Translations under genes and position numbers: made by a program
Notes under the pieces: generated by a model
What the model was told of the DNA's origin: nothing
The model's database searches: none
What the model saw: the letters and a program-made list of their open reading frames with translations, nothing else
Part shown: one piece after another, positions 1-9,095 of the stretch
How the letters are laid out: every line of letters starts with the position of its first letter
How positions within the stretch are numbered: position 1 is the first letter of the stretch
DNA from: Acidobacteriota bacterium
GTDB taxonomy: Bacteria; Acidobacteriota; Thermoanaerobaculia; Multivoradales; JAGPDF01
Direction: 5' to 3'
Length of the DNA: 64,000 nucleotides
Assembly: GCA_017860005.1 (NCBI GenBank)
Contig: JAFNAE010000001.1
Coordinates: 1,382-65,381 of the forward strand

Positions 1-165
1 AACGGCCTCTCCACCAGCTTCGAGATCCTGCGCGTCCAGGACGATCTGACGGCCGCGCGCAGCCGGCTGGTCGACGCCGAGACCGGCTACCGCAAGGTGC
101 TGGTCGAGTATCATAAGTCGATCGGAAAGCTGCTCGAGTTCGTGGGCGTCTCGGTCGCCGACTGA
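1..165 (+). CDS. outer-membrane efflux protein, TolC family, C-terminal fragment (5' end outside window)
   Basis: Frame 1 from position 1 reads NGLSTSFEILRVQDDLTAARSRLVDAETGYRKVLVEYHKSIGKLLEFVGVSVAD then TGA at 163-165. This is the typical C-terminal coiled-coil repeat of OEP/TolC proteins, and an adaptor/ABC pump follows. Confidence 0.55.
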   Translation, partial: NGLSTSFEILRVQDDLTAARSRLVDAETGYRKVLVEYHKSIGKLLEFVGVSVAD

Positions 166-215
166 CCCCTGGGGCTGGAGGTCGAGACGGCCCACAGGTC
201 GTCCAGGAGGAGAGG

Positions 216-950
216 ATGGAGGAGGGCTCCGAGGTCCCGCCCCCGGAGGCCGGAGCGGGAGGCTCCAGCGCGCGTCTGTGCGCGCTCGTCCTCGTCTCTC
301 CGGAATCCGCCTTCCGGGTCATCGCCGCCCGCCCCGTCGTCGCACTGGCGTTGATCCTGCTGGTCCTGGCCGGCGCGCTCGCGGTCGGAATCGGGTTCTC
401 GAAGGTGAGCCCCGAGGACTACCTGCGCTCCATCGAGGATTCCGGGAGCGAGGTGCCGCCGCAGTTCAGAGAGGAACCGGAGCGGATGATGAGTCTGGTG
501 CGCTGGAGCTCGGTCGCCAGCGCGCTGCTCTTCGCCCCGCTCGTCTACTTCGCGGTGGCCGGCATCTTCCTGGTCGTGTTCCGCCTGCTGGGCAGCGAGA
601 TCGACTACCGGCGCAGCCTGAGCGTCACGCTGCACGGCCTGCTCCCGCTGGGCGTGGCGGCGCTGGTCGGCATCGTGATCGCGCTCGCGCGCGACCAGGT
701 CTCGCTGCAGGAGCTCCAGGGCGGTGGCCTGGTGATGTCCAACCTGGGATTCCTCGCCGGCGAAGAGACCTCCAAGGCGGCCCGCGCGCTGCTCACCAGC
801 GTCGACCTCTTCTCATTCTGGTCGATCGCGCTGCTCGGCCTCGGCTACCGGCTCGTGGCGCGCGTCTCCCCGGGCGCGGCCTGGAGCGCGGTCGGCGTGG
901 TGTGGGCGCTCGGCGTGGCCCTCAAGGTAGCCCTCGCGGCGGCCTTCTGA
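216..950 (+). CDS. polytopic membrane protein, possibly Yip1-domain family
   Basis: 244-aa ORF with a good RBS (aggaggagagg) and several hydrophobic helices (LVYFAVAGIFLVVF, GVAALVGIVIAL, WSIALLGLGY). The family assignment is tentative. Confidence 0.45.
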   Translation: MEEGSEVPPPEAGAGGSSARLCALVLVSPESAFRVIAARPVVALALILLVLAGALAVGIGFSKVSPEDYLRSIEDSGSEVPPQFREEPERMMSLVRWSSVASALLFAPLVYFAVAGIFLVVFRLLGSEIDYRRSLSVTLHGLLPLGVAALVGIVIALARDQVSLQELQGGGLVMSNLGFLAGEETSKAARALLTSVDLFSFWSIALLGLGYRLVARVSPGAAWSAVGVVWALGVALKVALAAAF

Positions 951-966
951 ATCGGAGAGGCGGGGC

Positions 967-2200
967 GTGAAGCGGAAACTGTGGCTGGGCGCGGGTATCG
1001 CGCTCCTGCTCGTCGTCGTGGTGGTCGCGAGCGTGCGCTCCGGCTCCCGGAGCGAGACCGTCAAGGTCTACGCCGCCGGCGTCGCCAAGCGCGGCATCAC
1101 GCAGACCGTGCGCGCCAGCGGACAGATCAATCCGCGCGTCAAGGTCAACATCTCGGCGCACGTGATCGGCAAGATCGAAGAGCTCCACGTGCGCGAAGGC
1201 GACGCGATCGAGGCGGGGAAGCCCTTTCTGCGCCTCGAGCAGCAGGCCTACCTGGCGGCTCGCGACGACGCGCGCGCTCGGCTCGCCATGGCCGCGACCG
1301 AGCTCCAGCAGGCGGAGGTCTCGCTCGCCGATCAGGCGCTCCGGCTCACCCGCGCCGAGAGCCTCCACGGCCAGGGTATCGCCTCGAAAGAGGCCCTCGA
1401 ATCCGCACAGCTCCAGCATTCCTCGGCCGAGCTGCGGCTGCGCTCGGCGCGCGAGGGCGTCAGCCAGGCGCGGGCGCTGCTCGAGAAAGCCGACGACGAC
1501 CTGCGCAAGACGACCATCTACGCTCCGATCGGCGGGCGGGTCATCGCGCTCAACGCCGAACAGGGGGAGGTGGTCGTCTCGGGCACGATGAACAACCCCG
1601 CGTCGGTGATCGGCACCATCGCGGACCTCTCGGAGGTGCTGGCCGAGGTCGACGTGGACGAGACCGAGATCGTCCACGTCCGTCCCGGGCTCGCCGCGGC
1701 GGTCGAGGTCGACGCGCTCCCCGAAGTGCGCTACGAGGGACGCGTGGTCGAGGTCGGCAGCTCCGGCTACGCCAAGCCCCAGCAGCCCGACGTCCAGTTC
1801 TTCCGCGTCAAGATCCTGCTCGAGCGCCCGGACGACCGACTGCGCCCCGGCATGTCGGCGCGCGCCGAGGTGCGCGTGACCACCCACGACGCCGCCCTCG
1901 TGGTGCCGATCCAGGCGGTGGTCGAGCGCCCGCCCGTCGCGCCGTCCTCCGCCGCCGACGCGGTACCCGGCTCCGCCGCCGGCGAGGACGAGGTCCCGGT
2001 GGTGTTCGTCGTCGCCGAGCGCAAGGCCCGCCAGCGCGCCGTGAAGACCGGCATCTCGGACACGACGCACGTCGAGATCCTGGATGGCGCCGAGGAGGGC
2101 GAGCAGGTGGTGACCGGTCCCTACCGGGCGCTCAAGAAGCTGAAGGACGGCGACGTGGTGAAGGTCACGGTGGAGAAGGAGGAGGGGAATGGCCCTGATC
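967..2200 (+). CDS. periplasmic adaptor subunit (HlyD/MacA membrane-fusion family); 3' end unresolved (no in-frame stop, see findings)
   Basis: N-terminal TM anchor [20 protein letters not shown] followed by coiled-coil and beta-barrel adaptor regions ([30 protein letters not shown] ... [22 protein letters not shown]). Frame 1 stays open to 4116, and a +1 shift would end at 2198-2200. Confidence 0.6.
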
Positions 2201-2887
2201 GAGCTCCGCGACGTGCGCAAGGTCTACGACATGGGCGCGGAGAGGGTCCACGCCCTGGCGGGAGTCGACCTCGACCTGGAGCGTGGCGAGTACGTGGCGA
2301 TCATGGGCCCGTCCGGCAGCGGCAAGTCCACGCTCATGAACCTGCTCGGCTGCCTGGACACCCCCAGCGCGGGGAGCTACCACCTCAACGGCGTCGCGGT
2401 CGAGTCGCTCAACGACGTCGAGCTGGCGGCGATCCGGAACCGCGAGATCGGCTTCGTCTTCCAGACCTTCAACCTCCTGGCGCGCACGAGCGCGCTGGAG
2501 AACGTGGAGCTGCCCCTCGTCTACGCCGGCGTGCACCGGCGGGAGCGGCGCGAGAAGGCGAGCCGGGCGCTCGCGCGCGTCGGGCTCGCCGACCGGGCGC
2601 GCCACCAGCCGAGCGAGCTCTCGGGGGGGCAGCGCCAGCGCGTGGCGATCGCGCGCGCGCTCGTCAACTCGCCGTCGATCCTGCTCGCCGACGAGCCCAC
2701 CGGCAACCTCGACTCGGCGACGTCCGAGGAGATCATGGGGCTCTTCGACGACCTCCACGGCCAGGGCAACACGGTGATCCTGGTCACCCACGAGGCGGAG
2801 ATCGCGGTCCACGCCCTGCGCCGCGTGCTCCTGCGCGACGGACGGGTGGTGAGCGACGAGCGTCCCGCAGCGCGCGACGGGGCCTGA
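2189..2887 (+). CDS. ABC transporter ATP-binding protein (MacB/LolD-type)
   Basis: Walker [10 protein letters not shown], signature [15 protein letters not shown] and Walker [13 protein letters not shown]; 232 aa. Confidence 0.9.
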   Translation: MALIELRDVRKVYDMGAERVHALAGVDLDLERGEYVAIMGPSGSGKSTLMNLLGCLDTPSAGSYHLNGVAVESLNDVELAAIRNREIGFVFQTFNLLARTSALENVELPLVYAGVHRRERREKASRALARVGLADRARHQPSELSGGQRQRVAIARALVNSPSILLADEPTGNLDSATSEEIMGLFDDLHGQGNTVILVTHEAEIAVHALRRVLLRDGRVVSDERPAARDGA

Positions 2888-2889
2888 GC

Positions 2890-4116
2890 ATGGTCGTCGC
2901 CGAGAACTTCCGGATCGCCTTCAAGGCGCTGCGCGCCAACAAGATGCGCTCAGTGCTGACGACCCTCGGAATCATCATCGGCGTCGCCGCCGTGATCGCC
3001 GTGGTGTCGCTCGTCCAGGGGCTCCAGTACGTGATCACGAAGGAGCTGCAGGGAGTGGGCGCGACCTACGTCATGGTGCTGCCCGCCCAGGACGACAACC
3101 GGGGACCGGGCATCGTCGCACGCCAGGTCCGCCTGACCTGGGACGACGGGCGGGCGATCCTCGACCAGGTACCGGGGATCCGGCTCATGACGCCGCTGAT
3201 CGGCGGTCGCGCCACGGTCAAGTACCGCGACCGTCAGCACGACCCCGACTTCGTGTTCGGCGTCAACCAGAACTGGCCCGAGGTCAGCAACTACACGGTC
3301 GACCGCGGCCGCTTCTTCTCCCGCCTCGATCTCGCCGAGCGCCGCAAGGTCGCCGTCATCGGCCCCGACATCGTGGACGAGCTGCTGCTCGGTCCCGATC
3401 CGGTCGGACGCCCGATCTACGTCGGCAATCTGCCGGTGACCGTGATCGGCGTGATGGAGAAGCGGGGCGTCTCGCTCGGGACCGACATCGACAACCTGGT
3501 CTTCGTGCCGTTCGACACCGCCCTGGCGCTGTTCGGGCGCAGCGCCGCGGATCAGGTCCAGCTGCGCCTCCAGACCGACAGCGCCGAGGTGGTGGAGCAG
3601 GTCAAGGACGAGATCACCCGGGTGCTCCGGGTCCGCCACCGCATCGCCGAGGGCCAGCCGGACGACTTCGAGGTCGTGCTCCAGGACGAGATCCTCAAGA
3701 CCGTCGGCTCGATCCTGGGCAGCGTGACCGCCGTGGTGGGCGGCGTGGTCGGCATCGCGCTGCTGGTGGGCGGCATCGGCATCATGAACATCATGCTCGT
3801 CTCGGTGACCGAGCGGACGCGCGAGATCGGCGTGCGCAAGGCGGTCGGAGCGCGGCGCCAGGACGTTCTGGTCCAGTTCCTGATCGAGGCCGTGACCCTG
3901 TCCCTGGTCGGCGGCGGACTCGGCGTGGGGCTCGGTTTCGCCCTCGGCGCGGGGGTCGCCAAGGCGCTGCCCGGCGACTGGCCGGCCGCGCACGTCCCGC
4001 TCTGGGCGGTGCTGCTGGCGCTCGGCTTCTCGGTCCTGGTCGGGGTCTTCTTCGGCATCTACCCGGCCGGCAAGGCCTCGCGCCTCGACCCGATCGAGGC
4101 CCTGCGCTACGAGTAG
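2890..4116 (+). CDS. ABC transporter permease, FtsX/MacB-type with a large periplasmic domain
   Basis: MVVAENFRIAFKALRANKMRSVLTTLGIIIGVAAVIAV N-terminus, a periplasmic domain, then three C-terminal TM helices; 408 aa. Confidence 0.85.
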   Translation: MVVAENFRIAFKALRANKMRSVLTTLGIIIGVAAVIAVVSLVQGLQYVITKELQGVGATYVMVLPAQDDNRGPGIVARQVRLTWDDGRAILDQVPGIRLMTPLIGGRATVKYRDRQHDPDFVFGVNQNWPEVSNYTVDRGRFFSRLDLAERRKVAVIGPDIVDELLLGPDPVGRPIYVGNLPVTVIGVMEKRGVSLGTDIDNLVFVPFDTALALFGRSAADQVQLRLQTDSAEVVEQVKDEITRVLRVRHRIAEGQPDDFEVVLQDEILKTVGSILGSVTAVVGGVVGIALLVGGIGIMNIMLVSVTERTREIGVRKAVGARRQDVLVQFLIEAVTLSLVGGGLGVGLGFALGAGVAKALPGDWPAAHVPLWAVLLALGFSVLVGVFFGIYPAGKASRLDPIEALRYE

Positions 4117-4153
4117 GCAGGAGGCATCCCGGAGGTCCGGCTCCGGGGAGCGT

Positions 4154-4240
4154 TGGTGCCGGAGGTGGGAGTCGAACCCACACACCCGTGAAGGGCGGGG
4201 GATTTTGAGTCCCCTGCGTCTGCCATTCCGCCACTCCGGC
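4154..4240 (-). tRNA. tRNA-Leu (anticodon CAA)
   Basis: Reverse complement reads GCCGGAGTGGCGGAATGGCAGACGCAGGGGACTCAAAATCCCC...GGGTTCGACTCCCACCTCCGGCACCA. The 7-bp acceptor stem pairs perfectly, the long variable arm is class II, and the anticodon loop CTCAAAA gives CAA. Confidence 0.85.
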
Positions 4241-4345
4241 GTCCGGGCGTAGGATGCCACAGCCGCCCGCGACCCGGGACCGGCCCGGGTCGGACGGTGT
4301 CTCCTGGAGAGGTCGTTTGCGCTCCGGTTGCGCCCTCCCAATCCC

Positions 4346-4374
4346 TTGACGAAAGGCCTCGGTTGGGGTATCCT
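4346..4374 (+). promoter_or_regulatory. candidate sigma-70 promoter for carD/cdnL (TTGACG-17 bp-TATCCT)
   Basis: TTGACG at 4346-4351, a 17-nt spacer and TATCCT at 4369-4374, about 65 nt upstream of the GTG start. Confidence 0.35.
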
Positions 4375-4440
4375 TGCCGCGCGGTGGTTTTCGTCGCATC
4401 TAGTTGTGAACCCGACACTTAGACGAAGGGAGCGCGGCAC

Positions 4441-4953
4441 GTGAGCTTCAAGGTCGGCCAGAAGGTCGTCTACCCGAACCACGGAGTCACCGTCGTCGAG
4501 GACATCGCCACCAGCTTCATCGACGGCGCCGAGAGGACCTGCTACCACCTGCGCCTGCTGTCCAGCAATTCGAAGGTCATGGTGCCGAAGGACAATCTCG
4601 ATCTGGTCGGCCTGCGTCCGCTGTGCGAGCCGCGGGACATCAGGAACGTGCTGACCATCCTCGAGAACGGCAGTTTCGAGGCGCAAAAGGACTGGAAGGG
4701 CCGCTACAAGCAGAACGTCGAGAAGATGAAGACCGGCCGCATCACCGAGGTGGCGGAAGTGCTGAAGAACCTCAAGTTCGTCAGCCAGAGGAAGAGCCTC
4801 TCGTTCCGCGAGAAGAAGATGTTCGAGCGGGCCCGCCACTTCATCGTCAGCGAGCTCGCGCACGTCAAGGGCATGTCCGAGCGCGACGCCGAGGTGCAGA
4901 TCGAGAAGGCCCTGACGTCGAGCCTCGCCAAGCGGGAGAAGCTGGCCAGCTGA
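4441..4953 (+). CDS. carD: CarD/CdnL-family RNA-polymerase-binding transcription factor
   Basis: MSFKVGQKVVYPNHGVTVVEDI matches the hallmark N-terminal CarD_CdnL_TRCF domain; 170 aa with GTG start. Confidence 0.85.
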   Translation: MSFKVGQKVVYPNHGVTVVEDIATSFIDGAERTCYHLRLLSSNSKVMVPKDNLDLVGLRPLCEPRDIRNVLTILENGSFEAQKDWKGRYKQNVEKMKTGRITEVAEVLKNLKFVSQRKSLSFREKKMFERARHFIVSELAHVKGMSERDAEVQIEKALTSSLAKREKLAS

Positions 4954-4978
4954 GTCCGGGCACGCCTCGGGCGCTCCA

Positions 4979-5016
4979 GGGGCCGCGCTCCCCACCCGGC
5001 GCGGCCCCGACTATTT
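4979..5016 (+). terminator. rho-independent-type terminator hairpin after carD
   Basis: GGGGCCGCGC (4979-4988) pairs perfectly with GCGCGGCCCC (4999-5008) around a 10-nt loop, followed by GACTATTTCC. Confidence 0.45.
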
Positions 5017-5029
5017 CCGGGGGTCCTCT

Positions 5030-5635
5030 TTGAATCGAGACCACGCCCTCTTCCTCCTGATCGGCCTGCTCGCAGGCTTCATCGGCGGCTATCTCGGGCA
5101 CGAGTCGATGGCCGGCGTCCAGCCGGCCCGGCTCGTGCCCGGCGCGCCCGCCCCGTCCGCGCCGATGGGGCCCGGGGCGCCGGCGGCCCCGGCGACGCCC
5201 GCCGGCGGCGGTCCGGCAATGGCCGAGATCCAGGAGCTCCAGGCGACGCTCGAGCGCAACCCCGACGACGCCGGCGCGCTGCTCCGGCTGGCGAACCTGA
5301 ACTTCGACATCCAGCGCTGGGATCGCGCCGCGGAGCTCTACGAGCGCTACCTCGCCCTGCGTCCCGGCGACCCCGACGTGCTCACCGATCTCGGCATCAC
5401 GCTGCGCGCGCGGGGCGATTTCGCGGGTGCCCTGGAGCGATTCCGGAGCGCGCAGAAGCTGGCGCCCGATCACTGGCAGGCGCGCTTCAACGAGATCGTC
5501 GTGCTGGCCTTCGACCAGCGTGACCTGGAGGGCGCCGAGGCGGCGCTCTCGGAGCTCGAGCAGCGGGCGCCGGGCAATCCGGACGTGAGCCGCCTGGCGG
5601 GAGAGGTCCGCCGCCTCAAGGAAGCGGGGGAGTGA
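5030..5635 (+). CDS. membrane-anchored TPR-repeat protein
   Basis: TM helix LFLLIGLLAGFIGGYLG and a Pro/Ala linker, then TPR-like repeats (AELYERYLALRPGDPDVLTDLGITLRARGDFAGALERF). Probable TTG start. Confidence 0.6.
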   Translation: MNRDHALFLLIGLLAGFIGGYLGHESMAGVQPARLVPGAPAPSAPMGPGAPAAPATPAGGGPAMAEIQELQATLERNPDDAGALLRLANLNFDIQRWDRAAELYERYLALRPGDPDVLTDLGITLRARGDFAGALERFRSAQKLAPDHWQARFNEIVVLAFDQRDLEGAEAALSELEQRAPGNPDVSRLAGEVRRLKEAGE

Positions 5636-8073
5636 CCCGCGCGCCCGCGCGCGCCGGATTCGCCGAAGTCGCCGTCCCGTTGCCGCTGACGGGGCCGCTC
5701 ACCTACTCGATTCCCGCCGAGCTCGTCCGCCGTGTCGGACCCGGCCAACGGGTCCGGGTGCCGGTCGGGAAGCGAACCGTCACCGGAGTCGTCTGGAGGC
5801 TGGTCGACGAGGCGCCCGAAGGGGTGACGCCGCGCGACCTCGCCGCGCTCTCCGACCTCGAGCCCGTGCTGCCGGCCGACCTGCTCGAGCTCGCCCACTT
5901 CATCTCGGAGTACTACCTGGCGCCCCTGGGCGAGGTCGTGGCCGCCATGCTGCCGCAGGACCTGCCGCCCTGGGGTGACCGCCGGGTGGCGCTCACCGAC
6001 GCCGGGGCGGTCGCTCCGGCCCGTGACGAGTTCGAGTCGAAGCTGCGCGGCGTTCTGCTCGAGCGCGGCGGAGCGACCCTCTCGGCGCTGTTGCGCGAGT
6101 TCGACGAGGAGGACCTCGCGGAGCGCGTCGAGCTGCTGATCGCGGACGGCCGGCTCGCCTCCAGGGAACCGGGGGGACGAGGCCGGCGCTATCTGGCGGC
6201 GGTCGAGCGCGCGCCCGGGGAGCTCGCGGAGCAGCTCGCCCTCTGCGGCCGCTCCCTGCCCGGCCGCCGCCTGCTCGAACACCTCGCCGCGCTGGGTCGC
6301 CCGGCCACGCTGGCCGAGCTGCGGGCCGAGGCCGGCATCAGCGACGGCGTCGTGCGCCGCCTCGCAGGCCTCGGCCTGCTGCGGCGCTTCTCCCAGCCCG
6401 GCCGCCTCACCCTGGAGCGCCATCTCCTGGCCCGCGAGCGCGGGCCGGACGCGGGCCCGGTGGTGCTGCGCGGCGACCAGACTCGCGCCCTGGACGAGCT
6501 CCTGTCCGCGCTCGCAGGGCGCCGCTTTGAACGCTTCCTGCTCCAGGGCGTGACCGGCTCCGGCAAGACCGAGGTCTACCTCCGCGCGGCCGAGGCAACG
6601 GTCGCGGCGGGCCGCTCGGTGCTCCTGCTGGTGCCCGAGATCGCGCTCGTGCCGGCGCTGGCCCGCGCCGTCGCCGAGCGCTTCGGCGCTCGCTCGGCGG
6701 TGCTGCACTCGGGCCTGGGCGGCGCCGAACGGCACCAGGAGTGGGAGCGCATCCGGAGCGGCGAGGCGTCGGTCGTGGTCGGTCCGCGCTCTGCGCTCTT
6801 CGCGCCGCTTCCGGATCTCGGCCTGGTGGTGGTGGACGAAGAACAGGACCTGGCCTACAAGCAGGAGACCTCCCCGCGCTATCACGGTCGCGACCTCGCG
6901 CTGGTGCGCGCGCGCGCCGCGGGGGCGGTGGCGCTGCTGGTGTCCGCGACGCCCAGCCTCGAGACGCGGCTCGCCGCGGACCGCGGCAGGCTCCGGCGGC
7001 TTCGGCTCACCGAGCGAGTCGGCATCGGCCGGCTGCCCGAGGGGCTCCTGGTCGACCTGCGCCAGCAGGGCCCGGTCGGGCGCCCCGGGGAGCTCCTGTT
7101 CTCGGAGCCGCTCCTGGCGGAGCTCGACGCGGCGCTGGCAGCCGGGGACCAGGTGATCCTGCTCCGCAATCGGCGGGGCTACGCCCCGATGCTGCTCTGC
7201 CGGTCGTGCGGGGAGGATTTTCGCTGCCCCGACTGCGGCCTGGCGCGCACCTTCCACCGGCGCGCGAACCGGCTCATCTGTCACTACTGCGGCGGCTTCG
7301 TCGCCGTGCCGGCGGCCTGCCCGACCTGTCGCGCCGAGGCGCTCGATCCGCTGGGCGCCGGTACGGAGCGGGTGGAGGAGGAGCTCGCCCGGCTCCGTCC
7401 GGGAACGGCGCTCGACGTCCTCGATCGCGACGCGACCCGCCGGCTGGGGGGCGCCGCGGCGATCCTCGAGCGCTTCCGCCGCGGCGAGACGCGCGTCCTG
7501 ATCGGGACCCAGATGCTCTCCAAAGGGCACCACTTCCCGGGCGTGGCGCTGACCGCCGTCCTCTCGGCCGACAGCTACCTCGGGTTCCCCGACTTCCGCG
7601 CGGTGGAACGCACCTACGCCCTGCTCACGCAGATCTCGGGACGCGCGGGCCGCGGCGAGCGCCCTGGCCGGGTCGTGCTACAGACGTTCCACCCCGAGCA
7701 CTACGCCATCCGCGCCGCGCTCGACCACGACGACGAGGCCTTCGCGGCGCAGGAGATGCGCTTCCGGGAGATCTTCGGCTACCCGCCGTTCTCGCGCCTC
7801 GTGCTGCTGCTGTCCCGCGACCGCCATCGGGAGCGCGCTCTCGACCGGTTGCGCGAGGTCGCCGCGCGTCTCGACGCTCCTGCGCGCGCCGAGGGATTGC
7901 GAGTGACGGGGCCCGCTCCCGCTCCCTTCGAGCGGCTGCGCGGAGAGTGGCGATTCCAGTGCCTCGTGCGCGGTCCCTCCGGCAGCGCGGTGCGCCGGGT
8001 GGTCGCGGCCGCCCTGGCCGGCCGTGCGCCCGGCGAGATCTCGGTGGACGTGGATCCCTTCCAGCTGCTCTGA
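5632..8073 (+). CDS. priA: primosomal protein N' (replication-restart helicase PriA)
   Basis: Walker A GVTGSGKTEVY, DEEQD box, and the Cys-rich zinc fingers CRSCGEDFRCPDCG ... CHYCG ... CPTC. 813 aa; the GTG start overlaps the upstream stop. Confidence 0.9.
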   Translation: MTRAPARAGFAEVAVPLPLTGPLTYSIPAELVRRVGPGQRVRVPVGKRTVTGVVWRLVDEAPEGVTPRDLAALSDLEPVLPADLLELAHFISEYYLAPLGEVVAAMLPQDLPPWGDRRVALTDAGAVAPARDEFESKLRGVLLERGGATLSALLREFDEEDLAERVELLIADGRLASREPGGRGRRYLAAVERAPGELAEQLALCGRSLPGRRLLEHLAALGRPATLAELRAEAGISDGVVRRLAGLGLLRRFSQPGRLTLERHLLARERGPDAGPVVLRGDQTRALDELLSALAGRRFERFLLQGVTGSGKTEVYLRAAEATVAAGRSVLLLVPEIALVPALARAVAERFGARSAVLHSGLGGAERHQEWERIRSGEASVVVGPRSALFAPLPDLGLVVVDEEQDLAYKQETSPRYHGRDLALVRARAAGAVALLVSATPSLETRLAADRGRLRRLRLTERVGIGRLPEGLLVDLRQQGPVGRPGELLFSEPLLAELDAALAAGDQVILLRNRRGYAPMLLCRSCGEDFRCPDCGLARTFHRRANRLICHYCGGFVAVPAACPTCRAEALDPLGAGTERVEEELARLRPGTALDVLDRDATRRLGGAAAILERFRRGETRVLIGTQMLSKGHHFPGVALTAVLSADSYLGFPDFRAVERTYALLTQISGRAGRGERPGRVVLQTFHPEHYAIRAALDHDDEAFAAQEMRFREIFGYPPFSRLVLLLSRDRHRERALDRLREVAARLDAPARAEGLRVTGPAPAPFERLRGEWRFQCLVRGPSGSAVRRVVAAALAGRAPGEISVDVDPFQLL

Positions 8074-8139
8074 GCCGGGCGCGCAACCCGAGGCGAGGTT
8101 TGACGCTGTTTCGGCGCGCCTGCTAACGTTCCCGGCTCG

Positions 8140-9090
8140 ATGTCCGTGGAAGTCCCCTTCGAAGAGCCCCTGATCGAGCTCCGCCGCCGCATCGAGGAGC
8201 TCGAGGGCTATCCCGCCGGCAGCGGGCGCGAGCGCGAGCTGTCCAGCCTGCGCTCGGAGCTGCGCGAGCGCACGCGCGAGGTCTACGGCGGGCTGAACCG
8301 CTGGCAGAAGACGCTCGTCGCCCGCCATTCGGAGCGCCCGTACACCCTCGACTACGTCGGATTCCTCATGGACGAATGGGTCGAGCTGCACGGCGATCGC
8401 GGCTTCGCGGACGATCCCGCCATCGTGGCCGGCCTGGCGCGCTTCCGCGGGCGCTCCGTGGCGGTGGTCGGCCACCAGAAGGGTCGGGGCACCAAGGAGA
8501 GGATCGCGCGCAATTTCGGGCAGCCCCGGCCGGAGGGGTACCGGAAGGCGCTCCGGGTGATGCGGCTCGCCGAGCGATTCGGCCGGCCCGTGATCACGTT
8601 CATCGACACCCCGGGGGCGTTCCCGGGGCTCGACGCGGAGGAGCGCGGGCAGGCCGAGGCGATCGCCCGCAACCTGGTCGAGATGTCGGTGCTCGCGGTG
8701 CCGATCGTCGTCATGGTGACCGGCGAAGGCGGGAGCGGCGGCGCGCTGGCGCTGGGGGTGGGCGACCGGATCCTGATCCTCGAGTACGGCGTCTACTCGG
8801 TGATCTCCCCCGAGGGCTGCGCGGCGATCCTCTGGAAGGACCAGGAGAAGAAGAGCCAGGCCGCCGAGGCGATGAAGCTCACCGCGCCCGACCTGCTCGA
8901 GCTGGGGGTCGTCGACGAGATCGTGCGCGAACCGCTCGGAGCCGCCCACACCGCGCCCGAGGAGACCGCGCGCTCGGTCGGCGACGCGCTCGCGAAGGCG
9001 CTCGACGAGCTGGAGCGCCTGCCGGTCGACCAGCTCCTCGCCCGGCGCTACGCCAAGTTCCGCGCCCTCGGCGTCTTCGAGGAAGCCTAG
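8140..9090 (+). CDS. accA: acetyl-CoA carboxylase carboxyltransferase alpha subunit
   Basis: 316 aa; LIELRRRIEELE ... FIDTPGAFPG ... GEGGSGGALA is the conserved AccA core. Confidence 0.9.
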   Translation: MSVEVPFEEPLIELRRRIEELEGYPAGSGRERELSSLRSELRERTREVYGGLNRWQKTLVARHSERPYTLDYVGFLMDEWVELHGDRGFADDPAIVAGLARFRGRSVAVVGHQKGRGTKERIARNFGQPRPEGYRKALRVMRLAERFGRPVITFIDTPGAFPGLDAEERGQAEAIARNLVEMSVLAVPIVVMVTGEGGSGGALALGVGDRILILEYGVYSVISPEGCAAILWKDQEKKSQAAEAMKLTAPDLLELGVVDEIVREPLGAAHTAPEETARSVGDALAKALDELERLPVDQLLARRYAKFRALGVFEEA

Positions 9091-9095
9091 GACCC

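Noticed and set aside
922-2220. 432-aa minus-strand ORF antisense to the adaptor gene
   Set aside because: Stop-codon-poor antisense frame typical of high-GC DNA; low-complexity Arg/Gly/His composition with no motifs.
967-4116. 1049-aa single ORF in the track spanning adaptor, ATPase and permease
   Set aside because: It is not one protein. The middle third is out-of-frame read-through across the ATPase gene (Arg/Gly/Pro junk); the real genes are 967-~2200, 2189-2887 and 2890-4116.
4268-4288. Perfect 8-bp GC hairpin GACCCGGG-ACCGG-CCCGGGTC upstream of the carD promoter
   Set aside because: No T-tract on either strand and it is not downstream of a plus-strand gene; likely a structural feature of the tRNA/carD intergenic region without an assignable function.
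2950-4995. 681-aa minus-strand ORF running antisense through the permease, the tRNA-Leu and carD
   Set aside because: It crosses a tRNA gene and two well-supported sense genes; composition is junk-like.
5470-7533. 687-aa minus-strand ORF antisense to priA
   Set aside because: priA on the plus strand has unambiguous helicase and zinc-finger motifs; the antisense product is low complexity.
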